A stretch of 63,900 nt of DNA, the filler included, from Welwitschia mirabilis (taxonomy: Eukaryota): the NCBI GenBank assembly GCA_051453625.1. It is 6 parts of one record of this genome, joined end to end, with 100 filler letters (N's around TTAATTAATTAA, not from the genome) between each part and the next. Parts side by side here need not be neighbours in the genome. Positions count along the whole stretch, not along the records: positions 1 to 17,233 come from JBOZIK010000001.1; 5 more parts are not named here. One strand, written 5' to 3'. Position 1 is the first letter of the stretch. Each line of letters begins with the position of its first letter. This document shows positions 1 to 13,040 of this stretch, in pieces. Both the position numbers and the translations under genes were made by a program. The notes beneath the pieces were generated by a model. That model was not told where the DNA came from. It was given only the letters and a program-made list of their open reading frames with translations, and ran no database searches.

Positions 1-2289
1 TTTGAGTTGTTTGTTCAGGGCTCTATTCATCCTATTTACTACACCATTCTACTTTGGTGTTCTAGGAGCTATCTTGATCATTTCAATCCCATTCTCAAAA
101 TAGGAATCCTTGAACTCTAAGCTATCATGCTTCCCTCCATTGTCTAACCTCAAACATTTAACTTTTAAATTTGTTTGGTTTTCCACTTTTGCCTTTCACC
201 TTTTAAATATAGAAAACACATCAAATTTATTTTTAAGAAAATAAAACCAAATCTTTCAAATGGAGTTATTAATGAATATGACATAATAATGTAAGCCTCC
301 AAGGGGAGTCATTGGGGCTAGTTCTCATACATATGTATGCACTAATTTCAACTTCTGAGTCTTTGATGTTCTTGCAGCTTTTGAAAATCTCACTCTTTTT
401 TGCCTTTCATATATACAATTTTCATATAAACCAATATTAAATTACTGTAAGTTTAGTATTTTTTTTTTCCCTTGAAGCAAGTAATCTCATTCTCTTTTCA
501 GTTATGTGGCCCAACCTTCGATGCCACAATGTTGACTTTGAAAAAAATGAACCACTGAGATCGAATCCTTTGCTTTTGTAGTCATGTATAATGTTTCAAT
601 CTTACTTTCTCAAGCTACTACCAGATTTCCTTTAATAATCTTCCATGATCCACTTCCAAATATTGTACTATACCTTTTACCATCAATCTAACCCATGGAA
701 ATAAGGTTCTTCTTCAAGCCTAGAGCATGTTTAACACTTTACAACTTCAATTTCTTTTTGTGAGCTGTTTTTATTATAAGATCGTGAATCCTTGAGGGGG
801 AGGGGGGAAGAGGATGAATAGGACTTCTAAAAAATTTGAATAATTATTACTATTAAAGGAACTCTTCATAAAAAGATATAACAAATGAAATAAAAAAGCA
901 AAACCACAATAAAAGCATAAGATAAGTTTTATAGTGGTTTAGGATACTAGCTCTTGAGGTTATAGGTCTAGTTGACCCCATTAAAAATCTAGTCGACCGC
1001 TTTCCTTTAGGTCCACTCGATCCCACATGAGTCCGATCGATCCCATGGGATATAGTACATATTGAAAAGCTTGAAAAATGCATGTTCATATCTAGTTGAC
1101 CCCTCAAAAATCCAGTCAACCCATACGAAATAGCCCAAAATGTGTATTTCCAAGTTTGGTCAGCTCCTACATTAAGTCCTTGTACAGAAACTCAAGTTAC
1201 TTTAATCAGAACATGTCCAAGTCTTGCTATCTCTTGGATATAGATCTAGTAGTTTCTTGCACCTGTAAAATCACTCTTCATTCTACAAATATCATATTAG
1301 TTTAACATCAAATGGCAAAAATAAATCCTAACATTTATGTATACATCATTCTTCTCACAATGTTCAAGAGTTCATCATCTGTAAGATATACCTTTTCGAA
1401 TATACCAGCAACATAGTTATGAAATAACTCTTTGCAAGGAGTAGAGTGAAATGATGCACCTAAATAAATAATCCATGACTTAATACCACTGTCCATGAAA
1501 TAAATTAAAGCATTTACAATTTGGTTGGTAACTGTGTTCACTGAATCATCCTACTGATCCTTTTTATTTTTCTTAAGTTCTTTGCACTAATTTTTGAAGT
1601 GGCCTTTATTATTATAATTCTAATAAGTACTTTTCTTGTAATGCTTAAAATGAATCCTCCTCTTAAACAGGCCAAAACCCTGATTTTGACCTTGCTGAGA
1701 GCTCCTTCCCTTAACTTTGCTACTCAAGGCAGAACCTGAAGATTCACCTGACTCCCTTCTACGAATATCATTATTGAAAATAAAGTCATGAACTTGTGAT
1801 AGCTTCAATAGTCATAGTCATAGATTAACTTTCAGGCAGTGACAATAATGAGATCAATGTTCTAACTTCATCCTCAAATGTGATCTTCATTGAATTTAAT
1901 CGATTTATGATTTTTTTGAATTCATTGATGTGCTTTATAATTGATGCACCTTCAGACATCCTCAGATTAAATAATCGACACATCAGACATACCTTGTTTG
2001 AGGCTAAAGGCTTCTTGTACATATCTAATAAGGTATTTATCAAACCCTAAGTAGTCTTCTTGTTGATGATGTTAAACACAACATTCCATGACAATGTCAA
2101 TCGGATCACTCCAAGTGCCTGATAATCTAACATATCCCAATTTTTCTTCTTCATATTATCTAGTTTCTTTCCTGAAAGCGGTTCATATAACTTCTTCTAG
2201 TATAGATAATCCTCAATCTACATCTTTCAAAAACTGAAGTCTACTCCATCGAACTTGTCAATCTTAACTTTTCCATCTTCTAATATCAT
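1..2289 (-). pseudogene. copia gag-pol polyprotein remnant (gag, protease, integrase) with many stops and frameshifts
   Basis: Fragmented ORFs 1825-2043, 1620-1808 and 1335-1541 carry copia motifs; interrupted by the solo LTR at 775-1333. Confidence 0.9.
775..1333. mobile_element. Solo LTR (559 bp, probably SIRE/Maximus-like copia family) inserted in the copia coding region
   Basis: TSD TTTAT at 770-774 and 1334-1338; ends TATAAGAT...ATCCTAACA (decayed TG...CA); G-rich GAGGATGAATAGG motif and AGTCGACC-like internal repeats; removing it gives the contiguous peptide DVYIKTAHKKKLKL. Confidence 0.85.
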
Positions 2290-2319
2290 CGTTTTCACTT
2301 GTCTTATACAAATCTAATT

Positions 2320-2331
2320 GCTTTAATACTA
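2320..2331 (-). promoter_or_regulatory. Degenerate tRNA-iMet primer-binding site
   Basis: Minus strand TAGTATTAAAGC versus consensus TGGTATCAGAGC, between the LTR and the gag ATG. Confidence 0.75.
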
Positions 2332-2333
2332 GT

Positions 2334-2634
2334 TATTAAGAAATGAATCAAATGTAAAAGAGAAAATCAAAAACACAGAACACATAAGATTTACATGGTT
2401 AAGGAAGTTATCTATGTTTATAACCACACTAGTATTTTTCTATTAATCTTTGAAGGTTACAATATAAGAGATTAGGTTACATAAGATGTATATAGTGCAA
2501 AATTAGGGTAACATAGGCCCATGGCACAAATGGCCCATTAAAAGCTTTAGGGGCTCCACCCCTAAATCTTAGTCAGACCCATTTGCAAAGCATGACAAAA
2601 GGCTGGATTAGATCAATTGCCACACACTGCAACA
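2334..2634 (-). repeat. 5' LTR of the copia element (~300 bp)
   Basis: Starts TGTTGCAGTG on the minus strand at 2634 and ends 2 nt before the PBS. Confidence 0.75.
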
Positions 2635-5600
2635 ATATCAAGGTTAAAGAGAAATCCATTGATAACTTTTAAATAGAAGAAAAAAATAGAAGTTTTTTTA
2701 ACTTTAAATCTAGATAATATGTAATACTGATCTATTTAACAAAGAAGATGAAAAACAAATATTATGTCATTCTTAATTATGAGAAAGAAGTCATTTGCAA
2801 AATGCATATTAATAAACTATTTGTAATCACCTTGAATTAGGGTAGACCGATTCAGTGTATTTGCTCCTTGACATGAATAACATGACATAAATAATTTATA
2901 GCAAGAATAAATAAATAAGGAGGTAAAGGACAACCATGAATAACATGAATTAAATAATGTGCAGAAAGAATAAATAAAGAAGGAGCTAAAGGAAAACCTT
3001 ATTAAGTAGATTACTCAATTGTAAAAGTTTTTGAAATACCATGATACATAACTACATAAGAATTAATATCCTTAAATAAGTAAGAAACTAAAGGAAGAAA
3101 ATTTCTGTCAAAACCTATCTTCTTCATTTGTTTTAAAATAAAATCCCACTGAATTTTGTCATATGATTTTGCATAATTTAGTTTAATGAAGACAACATCT
3201 TTACTAGTATATTTTGTCCATTGCATTTCCTTTCATGCAACAAGCACATTATAATAATATATTTGTCATTAAAAAAAGTATACTACACTTCACAAATAAT
3301 GTATGAAAGAATAAATTTTAATTCACTAGATAAACATTTAGCCAATATTTTATAAGAAGTGTTAAACAACATAATTGAACATCAAGTGGTAATAAAATGA
3401 GGAATTTCAAACTTGGGAAGAAGCCAAATAATCACTTTATTGATATTAAATCCTATAGAACCTTTGTGAATGGTCTCATGATTCATATTTTAATAATCCT
3501 GTCTTATGATGTTTTAGTGATTTTTATAAATTTAGCTAGAAAACCATTAGACCATGAGACTTTTCCATTATCCAAACTAAAACATGCATCTTTTATTTTC
3601 TTGAAAGTAATATCCTTTGCCAAAAAAAAGTTGTGAGCTAAAGTAGTTTTCTTATGAATGAAAGTAACATTCTAATAAAAGAGAATGGGAATAAAATTCT
3701 CTATCTTAAAAATAGATACAAAATAATTTGCTACATATTTTAAAATATGATCTATCTTTGTGATTAAAATATTATCTTACCTTAGATTTTAAGAATTTAA
3801 ATAACTCTTTATAATTATCATTTTAAATGCATAAAAAGACTAATCTACTCTTAATTAAAATGCTGGAAGCATAAGAAACATCTCAATCTTGTAAGTATGT
3901 CTTTGCATTAGCTAATAGAGTTTGTGTTTGAACATTCATATGATCATGCTAAAATTAATGAGATGAAAAATTAACTAGAGATGAAATACATTGATCTTTA
4001 TAAATTAGGGGAAAAATTTCTACTCCTCCATGTAGTGTAAAGTCATTAAGTAATTCTACCAAAAGAGTGAGGGAAATGAGGATATACGTTTCATAAAATC
4101 TTAATGAGGATCTACATCTCATAAAATCATAAGGTATTCTTGCCCTTATTTCTAAGTAAATACTCTGCAACATAACTTAAGTAGATATTAATTTTTGAAA
4201 AGATTATAACTATGAAAGTTAATATCTAAGAAGATTGAAAAATAATTAGACATAATCACAACACTTGAAACTCTAAACATGTAATAAGTAAATAAAAAAA
4301 TGGCTAAAATGTAAATTTCATCTAATCTAATTAGGATGTAAGTAAAAGTAAACTTGTAATTACTTCAAATAAAGATTGATTTAGAATATGTGAAATTAAA
4401 TTGAGTCCCTTTATCAATTAAGGAAACCTTCTTTTTAGAAGTCATCTAAGTTAGACATTTTGAAGCCTCATTCGATTGAAGTATATCATGATTGTGTTAT
4501 TTAGAGAATCTAACATATTAAAATATCATCTATAAATCTAAGAAATGTTAGAAAACCTAGAAGCTAACTCTTTCCATAAAATGCACCCCTTTTATCTTCC
4601 ATTTGGGATGGAAAATAATAAAAGAACCCCTTTTGTATTTAAGATGAGTATTGGAAATATTAAATCCATTATAGATAACATGATGTTAAGCAAAATCCAT
4701 ATTAGAAGATGAAATATTAATTTCTTAAAGAAAAATGAAATCAGAAGATGCAATAGTATAAAGTTAAAAACTAACATATTATCTATGAAACCTATTTTTA
4801 AGGTTTCATAAATTCCATGAAAAAGTAATCATGAAGAAGTAGAATGGGAAATGCCCCCATTAATCTTAGATAAATTTGTATTCAATCATGAATAAAAATT
4901 CATACTCAAAGATAATGCAAAATGAGGTAATAAAAGTAGAAATACCATGTAGAAATAAATTTCCTGGAATAGAGGAAAAGGTACCTTTTTTTTTTTTCTA
5001 TGTTATCTTCTTAGAATGACTAAAACTAATATCTCATTTTTTTATATTTCATCAAAGAAAAATCTTATTCATCTATAATAGGAGTCTTACATGAGTGTGA
5101 AGTATTCTTATGAAGAATCTTTCAGGTATCATGTTTCTATCCTCAAGGGTTTTATTAAATTTGAGTTATGGGTTATTTGCTAGAATTATTAGTTGGACAT
5201 AAGAAAGAACTGACTTAAAAATCTTCTATTTTAGTTTTCCATTTCTTGTTTTGCCCTTAGAAAATTAGAAGAATTGAAAAGAAGACCTTTATGATCATTA
5301 TAATTATAGGAATATAAATTATTACAATAAATGATGATTAGCAGAAGATGATATCATCTACTTTTAATGTTAGATTTTTCTTTCGTGTAGTAAGATATAC
5401 TTCATTAACTATTATTAAGAATTACATTTAAAAAATATCATTCTTTATAATGATTGGTATTATTATAAAGGCCAATAATATCTTTCTCTAATTATTGAAA
5501 ATCAAAAGTATAGTTGGAAGTTCAACCATGCAAGAAAATATGAAATGTTTAAGATCATTTACATTGAAATTATGCTTCTATTTTTAAAAAATAAGAATAA

Positions 5601-6040
5601 AGATTTATATATAAAAGAGAAAATATTAATAACCCATTTGAACCATTAATATATTTAGTTTATGTAGAAAAAGAGTTCTAAGAAAAATATCAAATGTGCT
5701 TTATCAAAATGTTTTATTTTGCTAAAAAAAATTTAATGTTTAGGATGGGAGAAGAACAATGTAGGATATAATCTAGAACCTAAAGAAAGATATAAGGAGA
5801 GGATAAATTTGTGAGTATTTATCAAATAATTCATTGAGTAAAATAATGTCATATAAATTACTATCATAACAACTTTCAGAATCATTCAATATGCCTTAAA
5901 TTCCATTAAAAATAATTGAATGCTCATTCTTTATAAAGCAAGAAATAGAGTTTGTTTTAGATTGATCTATTGGATTATATTATAATTCAATTTCAATTAA
6001 AGTTAAAATATGTAAGTTAGATGGATTGTTTGAATTCATG
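2635..6040 (-). mobile_element. L1-type LINE remnant (ORF2 RT, probable endonuclease and ORF1 region), interrupted by the copia element
   Basis: RT motifs KLNYAKSYDKIQWDF (ORF 3011-3226), GFPLAPSLF/GCPLPPYLF (2876-3001) and HFAND (~2790-2805, FADD-like); the right boundary is approximate. Confidence 0.8.
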
Positions 6041-6101
6041 TTACTCATCCAAAAGGGGGAAAAAATGAAAAGAAAGGATTAAAATTGTAAAAAGCACACG
6101 G

Positions 6102-6748
6102 TGTAGAGCTAATGCAACAAAAATACAAAGAATACTTTTGGAATTGTGTCTTTAGTAAGGAATAGAAAATAAAGGACAAATATATAGAAAATAAAGTATT
6201 GGAGGTAATTAAAGATTTAGTTTATATTAATGGTATAGAAGGTACAATTTACAAACTAAAATCACATCTACTAGAGCTTCCTTGAGACCTCCCTAATAGT
6301 GGCCTCCAAAAGTCTTACCCTAGTCTTTATCACTTTCATTACTTTAATTCTTAATAAGACTCAAGATGAAATATAAGTGAGTCAAGATCTTACCTAAGGA
6401 GCCATCTCATCAAGTTTTCATAAAGAGATTCTCTTAAGCTTTCAACTCCAAGATCTCATACTTTCCATTCACAACTCTAACTCTGAAGGCATACCCTTTA
6501 TCTCATAACTTACTCTTATTTACATAAATTTCCTAATCCTCTATATTTGGCTCTTATATATTCCCATCATTACATGCAAATATAATCTAGTCATTACCCC
6601 TTAAATAACTCTCGTAAAGTATCCCTCTGACCCCTCAAAAGCATTTACCCTTTTATACATATATGCTTATATTCATTTACATACATCATAAGAATATAAT
6701 TCTCTCTCTCTTTTACATACACTCTCTATTTCCCTCTCACTCTTAATA
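6102..6748. repeat. LTR-like repeat (~650 bp), family copy 1
   Basis: Starts TGTAGAGC and ends ACTCTTAATA (ACTCTTAACA in the paralogue ending 44146); direct diverged copies at 10451-11065, 43803-44146 (partial) and 47942-48428. Confidence 0.7.
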
Positions 6749-7050
6749 ATAATAAATATTCTTATATGTTCCCCTACATCATACATCCTCTATTAAAATT
6801 GATCTTGTTCTCAAAAATAAGGATTTATCACTTTATCACCAACTTTAAGCTCTTCTTGAAAAACATGAGATTCTTTTCTTCATAATGTACTGGATCATCC
6901 ATAGTAAATTCCATGATATCCATGCTATTAAATACAAGAAAAAAATTATGTTTCCATGACATTTTTCCTTATCATTACTCTAAGCCACTGAAGTATCCTC
7001 TCCTAAAGCACACTCTTCTCATTTAGCATAATATTCGTACAAGATCTTTT

Positions 7051-10000
7051 AATTTAGAATGGAAGAGTAAGAAAAAGAAAGTAACATTTTTTTCCCAAAT
7101 GAAAATTTTATTTCCCCTCTCTATTACACTAAAGAGCTTGCTTTTTCACTAGGGTATATACACTTACCTAGGCATGTAATCATGGTATGCATTACAAGCC
7201 TTAGAAATTGCCCCCTTAATGTGGGAATATGATTTCTTCTAAAGGAAAACCTGATTACATAGAGGAAAGCCTTGAGAATGTAGCCTATAATAAAACCTCC
7301 TTAAAGGAGTTTTCATGTGAGAAAAAAACTTCATTAAAAAGGTAATCAATTTACTACTACATATCCCATATTAGATAGGACTATCATGTGTATTACACAA
7401 CTCAAAATGCTAAGAAAAAGTTGTACTATACAAAAGAGAAACTTTAAATAGAAATTCAAATATCAAATAAAGTCCATAATATATAAAAGAGAAAAAATGA
7501 ATCTACATTAACTCATTTACAATCTAGTTCTAGATTGGAAGTGCTAGATGTTCTTTCGACCATGTGGCTTCATAAGGATATTAGCAATTTTCTCTATAGT
7601 AAGATAGCATATTATATAATAACTTTATTTTTTATGATTTCCTTAATTTTGTAAATACTAAAAAAAGTATTTTGTCCTATCATCAGGCATTAGATCTTTT
7701 GCTATGCAAATTTTTGACTAATTGTTAATGAAGATCTCTATTTCTTTAGTCTATTTTAAGTTCCCTACTTCCAACAATTTTTTTAGCCATTCAATTTATC
7801 TACATGCCTCAGAAGTAGTTGTATGTTCTATTTTAGCAAAGAATAATCCTATAATTTTTTAATGATTTGATCCCCAAGACAGTGGTAACATCTCCAAGAA
7901 CATCATATAGATTAATGTTGACAATGAAATATTAGTTTCACTAGCAAAATTAGAATTAAAGTACGCCTTTAGGATGAATTGAAAGTTTATTTTATATGTT
8001 AGATCTAAACCTTTAGTCTTCTTTAGGTATCTAAGTACTCTTTTTGCAATATTTAGATGAGTAACCTTAGGCATAGGAAGATATCTTTATAATATACTAA
8101 TAACATATGATATGTTTAGTGTAGTATTAGTTGAGGAAATTAGGCTTCTCACTATTATTGTATATTCATGTTTATTTAAAAGTTTTGAGTCTTTATCAAT
8201 TAATATCATGACATTTTTTCCCTAAGGTATTACAATTTATTTTTCATTCTATAGTCTAAAATTCTAGATGATATTTTTGATGTACTTATTTTGTGTTAGG
8301 CATATTCCATCCTTTTTCTAAGTAACTATACACCTAGATAGAATCTCACTAATCTAAGATCAAAAATCTTAAATTCCTTATTTAAAGCAATTTTTTTCTT
8401 TTTTACATTTGCTTTATCACTTTTAGGTATCAGCATATCATCTAGATACATCACTATATATGTAGATTTAGTACCCATTAGATTTTAGGAAAAATATGGT
8501 ATTTACATATTAATAATTACATAATCCTAACCCAATGTAACTTAAATAATTTACAAGCTTAGTATACCACACTCTTGGTGTTGGTTTTAACCCATATAGA
8601 AACTTAATCAATGTACACACATTATGTTGTTTAATTTTAACTTTAAAACCCTTTGGTTGTATCATGTAATTTTTTTGTTTTAAACCTCCATGGAGAAAGA
8701 AATCTTTATTTTTAATTAATAAATATTTCATCCTCTTTGTACTACCAAGGAAATCACTATTTTGGTGATAGCCCATTCTTCTGTTGGTGTAAAGACTTCA
8801 TTGTAATCAAGTCCTTTCTTTTATCTTAGGATTATACAAACAAGATGAACTATATGTCACTCACAAGTATTGTTCACATTATATTTGTTATGGAGAATCC
8901 CTTTGTTAGGTAATACTATACACCCTAACATAATGTCTACCAGCTTCTAGGTACTATTTTCAATAAGACTATTGTATTCTTCTTACATATCTTTTGTCTA
9001 TAGATCATGTTGAATGACATCCTTAAATGAGGTTGGCTCATCATCAAAGATTAAGTAAAGCTTATAATTATCATTATTATTAAATATATGTGAGTTATGT
9101 CTAGTTCTAGTTGGACCCTTCTAATCATTGCAAATATCTTAGAGAGTAGACTATAGCCAAGTACTCTAATGTCATCTTTGAGTAGTATCAACTTCTTCAA
9201 TTGGAGAACCCATTGAATTGCTAGTGGAACCATGATCAAATATGCTAAGATCATCAAATTACTCAATTCTTATAGGTTGTAAAGTAGAAGTACTAATAAA
9301 AGAAATTAAATCATTATTATTGGTCACATCCTCTCTCAACCATAGAAGATTAAGCATTCAATATGATCACAAGATTAGGAAGGATAAAGCTTTAAAGAAT
9401 TAAGCTGAGAATCATTATTCAAAGTCTTTTTGAAGATGACATCATTAGAAATAATGATCTCATGATGCTCTAAGATATGCACTTAATAATCCTTCTAGTT
9501 GGTTAAATATCCTACCAAGATACCAATGCAAGCATATGCTTCAAATTTGTCATGACATTCACTTGGGATATGGACATAGAACTTGAAAGTAAAAATACAA
9601 AAATGGTATAACTTCAACTTGTATACATATTACTTTTTAGTTGGAGATACTCCATTTTTAATATATGAACCAATACAATGATTGATCTGTACTACTGTGT
9701 TCATTGATTTACCCCAAACATAGGTCTTGCAATCACTAAAATACATCATTAACCATGTTATATCCATGATATACTTCATGAAATCCTAAGTAAAATGGAA
9801 CACATTACATGGATATACTCTTAGAGCTTAGGATTGCATACAATTCATCAAATCTAAATCACAAACTTTAGATGTTTTCAAGATGTTTAAAGCTAAAGTG
9901 AAAAAGCAAGCTTATTATAGGATTAAAAGTTTTCACTTAGATAATAATGGCAAGTACATAATTTCTAAGCTCAAAGACTTTCTCACTTCTGAAGGGATTC

Positions 10001-10291
10001 AACATTTGAAAACTTTCTAGGGATAACCAAATAAAATGGCATATAATGGAGCACCCAAAGGCATGCAAGCTTTGAGAGTTTTAAGAATCCTATCTTAAGC
10101 TCTAGTACCAGTTGTTAAGTATGTAAGAGCCAAAAAACAAAGCAAGAATTTTTCCCAAAATGAAATTTTTATTTCCCCTTTCTATTACATTAAAGAACTC
10201 ACTTTTCAAGGCAAACACACCATTAGGATTTTACTATCATTTACATGTTTTCCTAGTTATGTGACCATGATGCGCATTATAAGCCTTAGCA
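7051..10291 (-). mobile_element. Short-LTR copia derivative: LTRs ~7051-7206 and 10113-10291, no gag or protease, RT/RNase H and integrase remnants
   Basis: PBS TGGTACTAGAGC (minus strand, 10099-10110), PPT AAGGGGGCAA (minus strand, ~7208-7217), motifs KRVLRYLKKT and LYGLKPTPRVWY, probable TSD CTTTT (7046-7050) / CTTTC (10292-10296). Confidence 0.88.
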
Positions 10292-10450
10292 CTTTCTTGC
10301 TAGAGATCATATTCTTTAATAATCCTCAATTCCTACATAAGATCTTTTCTCATTTCATTTTTCTTCTTTGAATGCCTATAATTTTTCTTCATTTTCTTTC
10401 TAATATCTTAAAAAAACACTAATGCCTAGTAAAGTTTTCATATTAAATGA

Positions 10451-11065
10451 TGTAAAGATAATGTAATGTAAACCTAAAGAATACTTTTGAAATTATGTAT
10501 GTAGTAAGGAATAAAAAATAAAGAAGAAATATGCAAGAAAAAAAGTATTAGAGGCCATGAAAGAATCAATTTGTATTAATGGTATAAAATGTATAGGCTT
10601 ATAAACTAGAATCACATCTAGCATAACTTTTAAGATCTCTCCTTAATAGTTGACTCTAAAATCCTCACTTCAACTTTTATTGCTTTGATCCCTTTGATGA
10701 TTGATAGCCTTCAAGAAAAAAATATAGGTAAGTTAAGATCTTACATAAGGAACCATCTTTTAAATTTCCAATAATGATATCCTCTTTCTTTAAGATCTTA
10801 CATTTTTCCATTCTTAATACCAACCCCTAAAGCATGCTCTTCATCTCAATGTTTACTCTTATTTATATAAATTTCTTAATCCTCTAAATTTATCTCTTAC
10901 AGATTCTAATCATTACGTGTAAGAAAATCTGCTCATTACTCCTAAAATAACTTTCTTAAAGTATCCTTCTCATACATTAAAATATATTCACCATCTCAGA
11001 CATAAATGATTATGTTATCTTACATACATAATGAAAATGTAAATATCTCTCTTTCATACACATAT
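10451..11065. repeat. LTR-like repeat, family copy 2 (3'-truncated, followed by AAT/AAC simple repeats)
   Basis: Diverged direct repeat of 6102-6720. Confidence 0.7.
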
Positions 11066-12504
11066 GAAAGAAGAATAATAATAATAACAACAACACCACC
11101 ACAGTTTTATAAGATGCTGTTGCATGAGTAAAGAAGATGCATGTTGAAATCACCACTTAAAACTCATGCTAAAATCCTCATTTTGTAAATCCTAGATCCA
11201 TAACCCTCTAATTATTTAATTAAAATTTAATTCTATTCAATAATTGAAAATTTTCTAAAGAAAATAAATTAATATGATTAAGCTACAAAGTTTACTTTTA
11301 TAATTCTTTCCTTAAGTAACATGGATTTATGTTTCCATGTCAAAGTGAACTTACTATTGCTACATTATAGCTTATAAACAAAAAATGCGAATGAAAAATG
11401 CAAAGGCCTAATTTTTACAGTTTATCTCTTTATAAATATGTTTATAATATATAATGGATTAGTTTTTTAAATGTTGATAGAATAATAATCCTTTTTAAAG
11501 AAAATTAATTCATAAAAAATTGTAAAAATTAGGCTTTCGCATTTGCATTATATGGGTTATTATATATATACTAAAGAAAAAGTATGAAGAAGAGAATTAA
11601 GACTAAAAATTTAAATATTATAAGTTACATGTTAAATTTAAAACTTTAAGTGACTATATCTTCTCCATAAAGTAAAACCACCATGATTGATCATGATTTA
11701 CTTATGCTTAAGACCTTATAATGTGCTAAGTAGTAAATCTAAAGATTGGGAACTATAATATATTAAATAAAAGATAAATGGTTAATTAATTAAACTATTA
11801 TCCCTTTTACTATGTAATTTATATTGACAATATACACTCTAAAATATGAACAATATCCTCTATCCACCCTCTTAGTTTATACTTTATATCATTGTTATGT
11901 ATGTAACTAAAGAATGATGGTTATGTTCTTATAATTTTAAGGAATATTTTATTGTTATCATTTATGATTCATACTTTCATATTACATAATTAAAATACTT
12001 CCATCTTATTATTATGTATACACATGTTTTATATTTACTTTTCTCTTGAACCAAAAGAAAATAAAAAGAAAAAGAAAGATTGTGATATTGATATTATTAG
12101 CTATTAGATGGTAGTTCTATTATGGGATAATTAGTACACTATGAGGTCTTAGGCATAATCGAATCATTCATTTGGATAATTATGATGGTTTTACTTCTAA
12201 GGAAAAGTTTTGTCACTAAAATTTTTGATATTGGGACCTTCTTAATAACATTGATACAAGATATAATAAAAATATTATCTAATATCTAAACTTTTAGATT
12301 TATACACATATAAGACTTAAATTACTAACTTTTTTAATTAAAAAACACTATCTTCATTGTCTACATGATAATTCTATTAATGTACAAGGACTTCTTTCTA
12401 ATGAGATTATCTAATGTATCTTCTCTTATGCTTTTTATGATATAAATGAAAAATTAAATATATCATATGGCTCTTAGTTGAGAGGATCACTACAAGAAAT
12501 AGAG

Positions 12505-12685
12505 GTTTTTAAGGCACTTATTTAAATAAATGCCTTAATTATAGGCATTTTAAGGCGTTTTTTAAATAAACACCTTAAAAGCCAAGGCATTCAACGCCTT
12601 AAATGTTTCTGGTCTTTTAAAGTGCTTAACTAAATAAATGCCTTAAAAGGTATTTAAGGTGTTTAATAGGATAAACACCATAAAA
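12505..12685. repeat. CACTA left subterminal repeat array
   Basis: Several TTAAGGCATTT / AAATGCCTTAA units in both orientations. Confidence 0.9.
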
Positions 12686-12811
12686 GCTAAGTTTAATTCA
12701 AAAAGCTGCATGTGCATTGTCAACAATAAACCATAATCACGCATTTCTTCAAAAACATAGTGCATTAAGCTTGGACTCAGTTCTTAATTGAAACCAGTAC
12801 CATACTAGTAT

Positions 12812-13040
12812 GGGCTAGCATTCTCTACCTGCTTTCACCACTTGATGGCTATTGGCTCATGTTCTTTGTCTGATTTCACTTTGAACTTTAGTACTGCACC
12901 ACCTAACTATCGACTAGTGTTCTCTACCTACTTTCACCACTTCTTGATAAGTTATCCCTTCTTATTCCATTATAAGATAGAACAAAAGTATGGAATTTGG
13001 CTATTGGCTAGCATTCTCTACCTACTTTTACCACTTCTTG
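12812..13040 (+). repeat. Three dispersed ~30-bp direct repeats inside the CACTA 5' region
   Basis: TTCTCTACCT(G/A)CTTT(C/T)ACCACTT near 12821, 12920 and 13013. Confidence 0.75.

Larger units (their letters stand above)
1..2634 (-). mobile_element. Ty1/copia LTR retrotransposon, degenerate, 5' half (continues left of the window)
   Basis: Minus-strand gag start MILEDGKVKIDKFDGVDFSF*KM*IEDYLY at 2289, gag-like ORF 1825-2043, protease WIIYLGASFH (ORF 1335-1541), integrase-like sequence toward base 1, degenerate tRNA-Met PBS and adjacent LTR. Confidence 0.93.
6398..12487 (+). repeat. Direct duplication copy A, left part
   Basis: Collinear similarity with ~43803-49913, e.g. CCATCTCATCAAGTT and ORF 7859-8074 versus ORF 45328-45615. 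Confidence 0.93.

Noticed and set aside
12505..12685. Short repeat arrays (also 34420-34695 and 12812-13040) as CRISPR-like arrays
   Set aside because: Mixed orientation, irregular spacing, next to CACTA TIRs, eukaryotic context and no cas genes.
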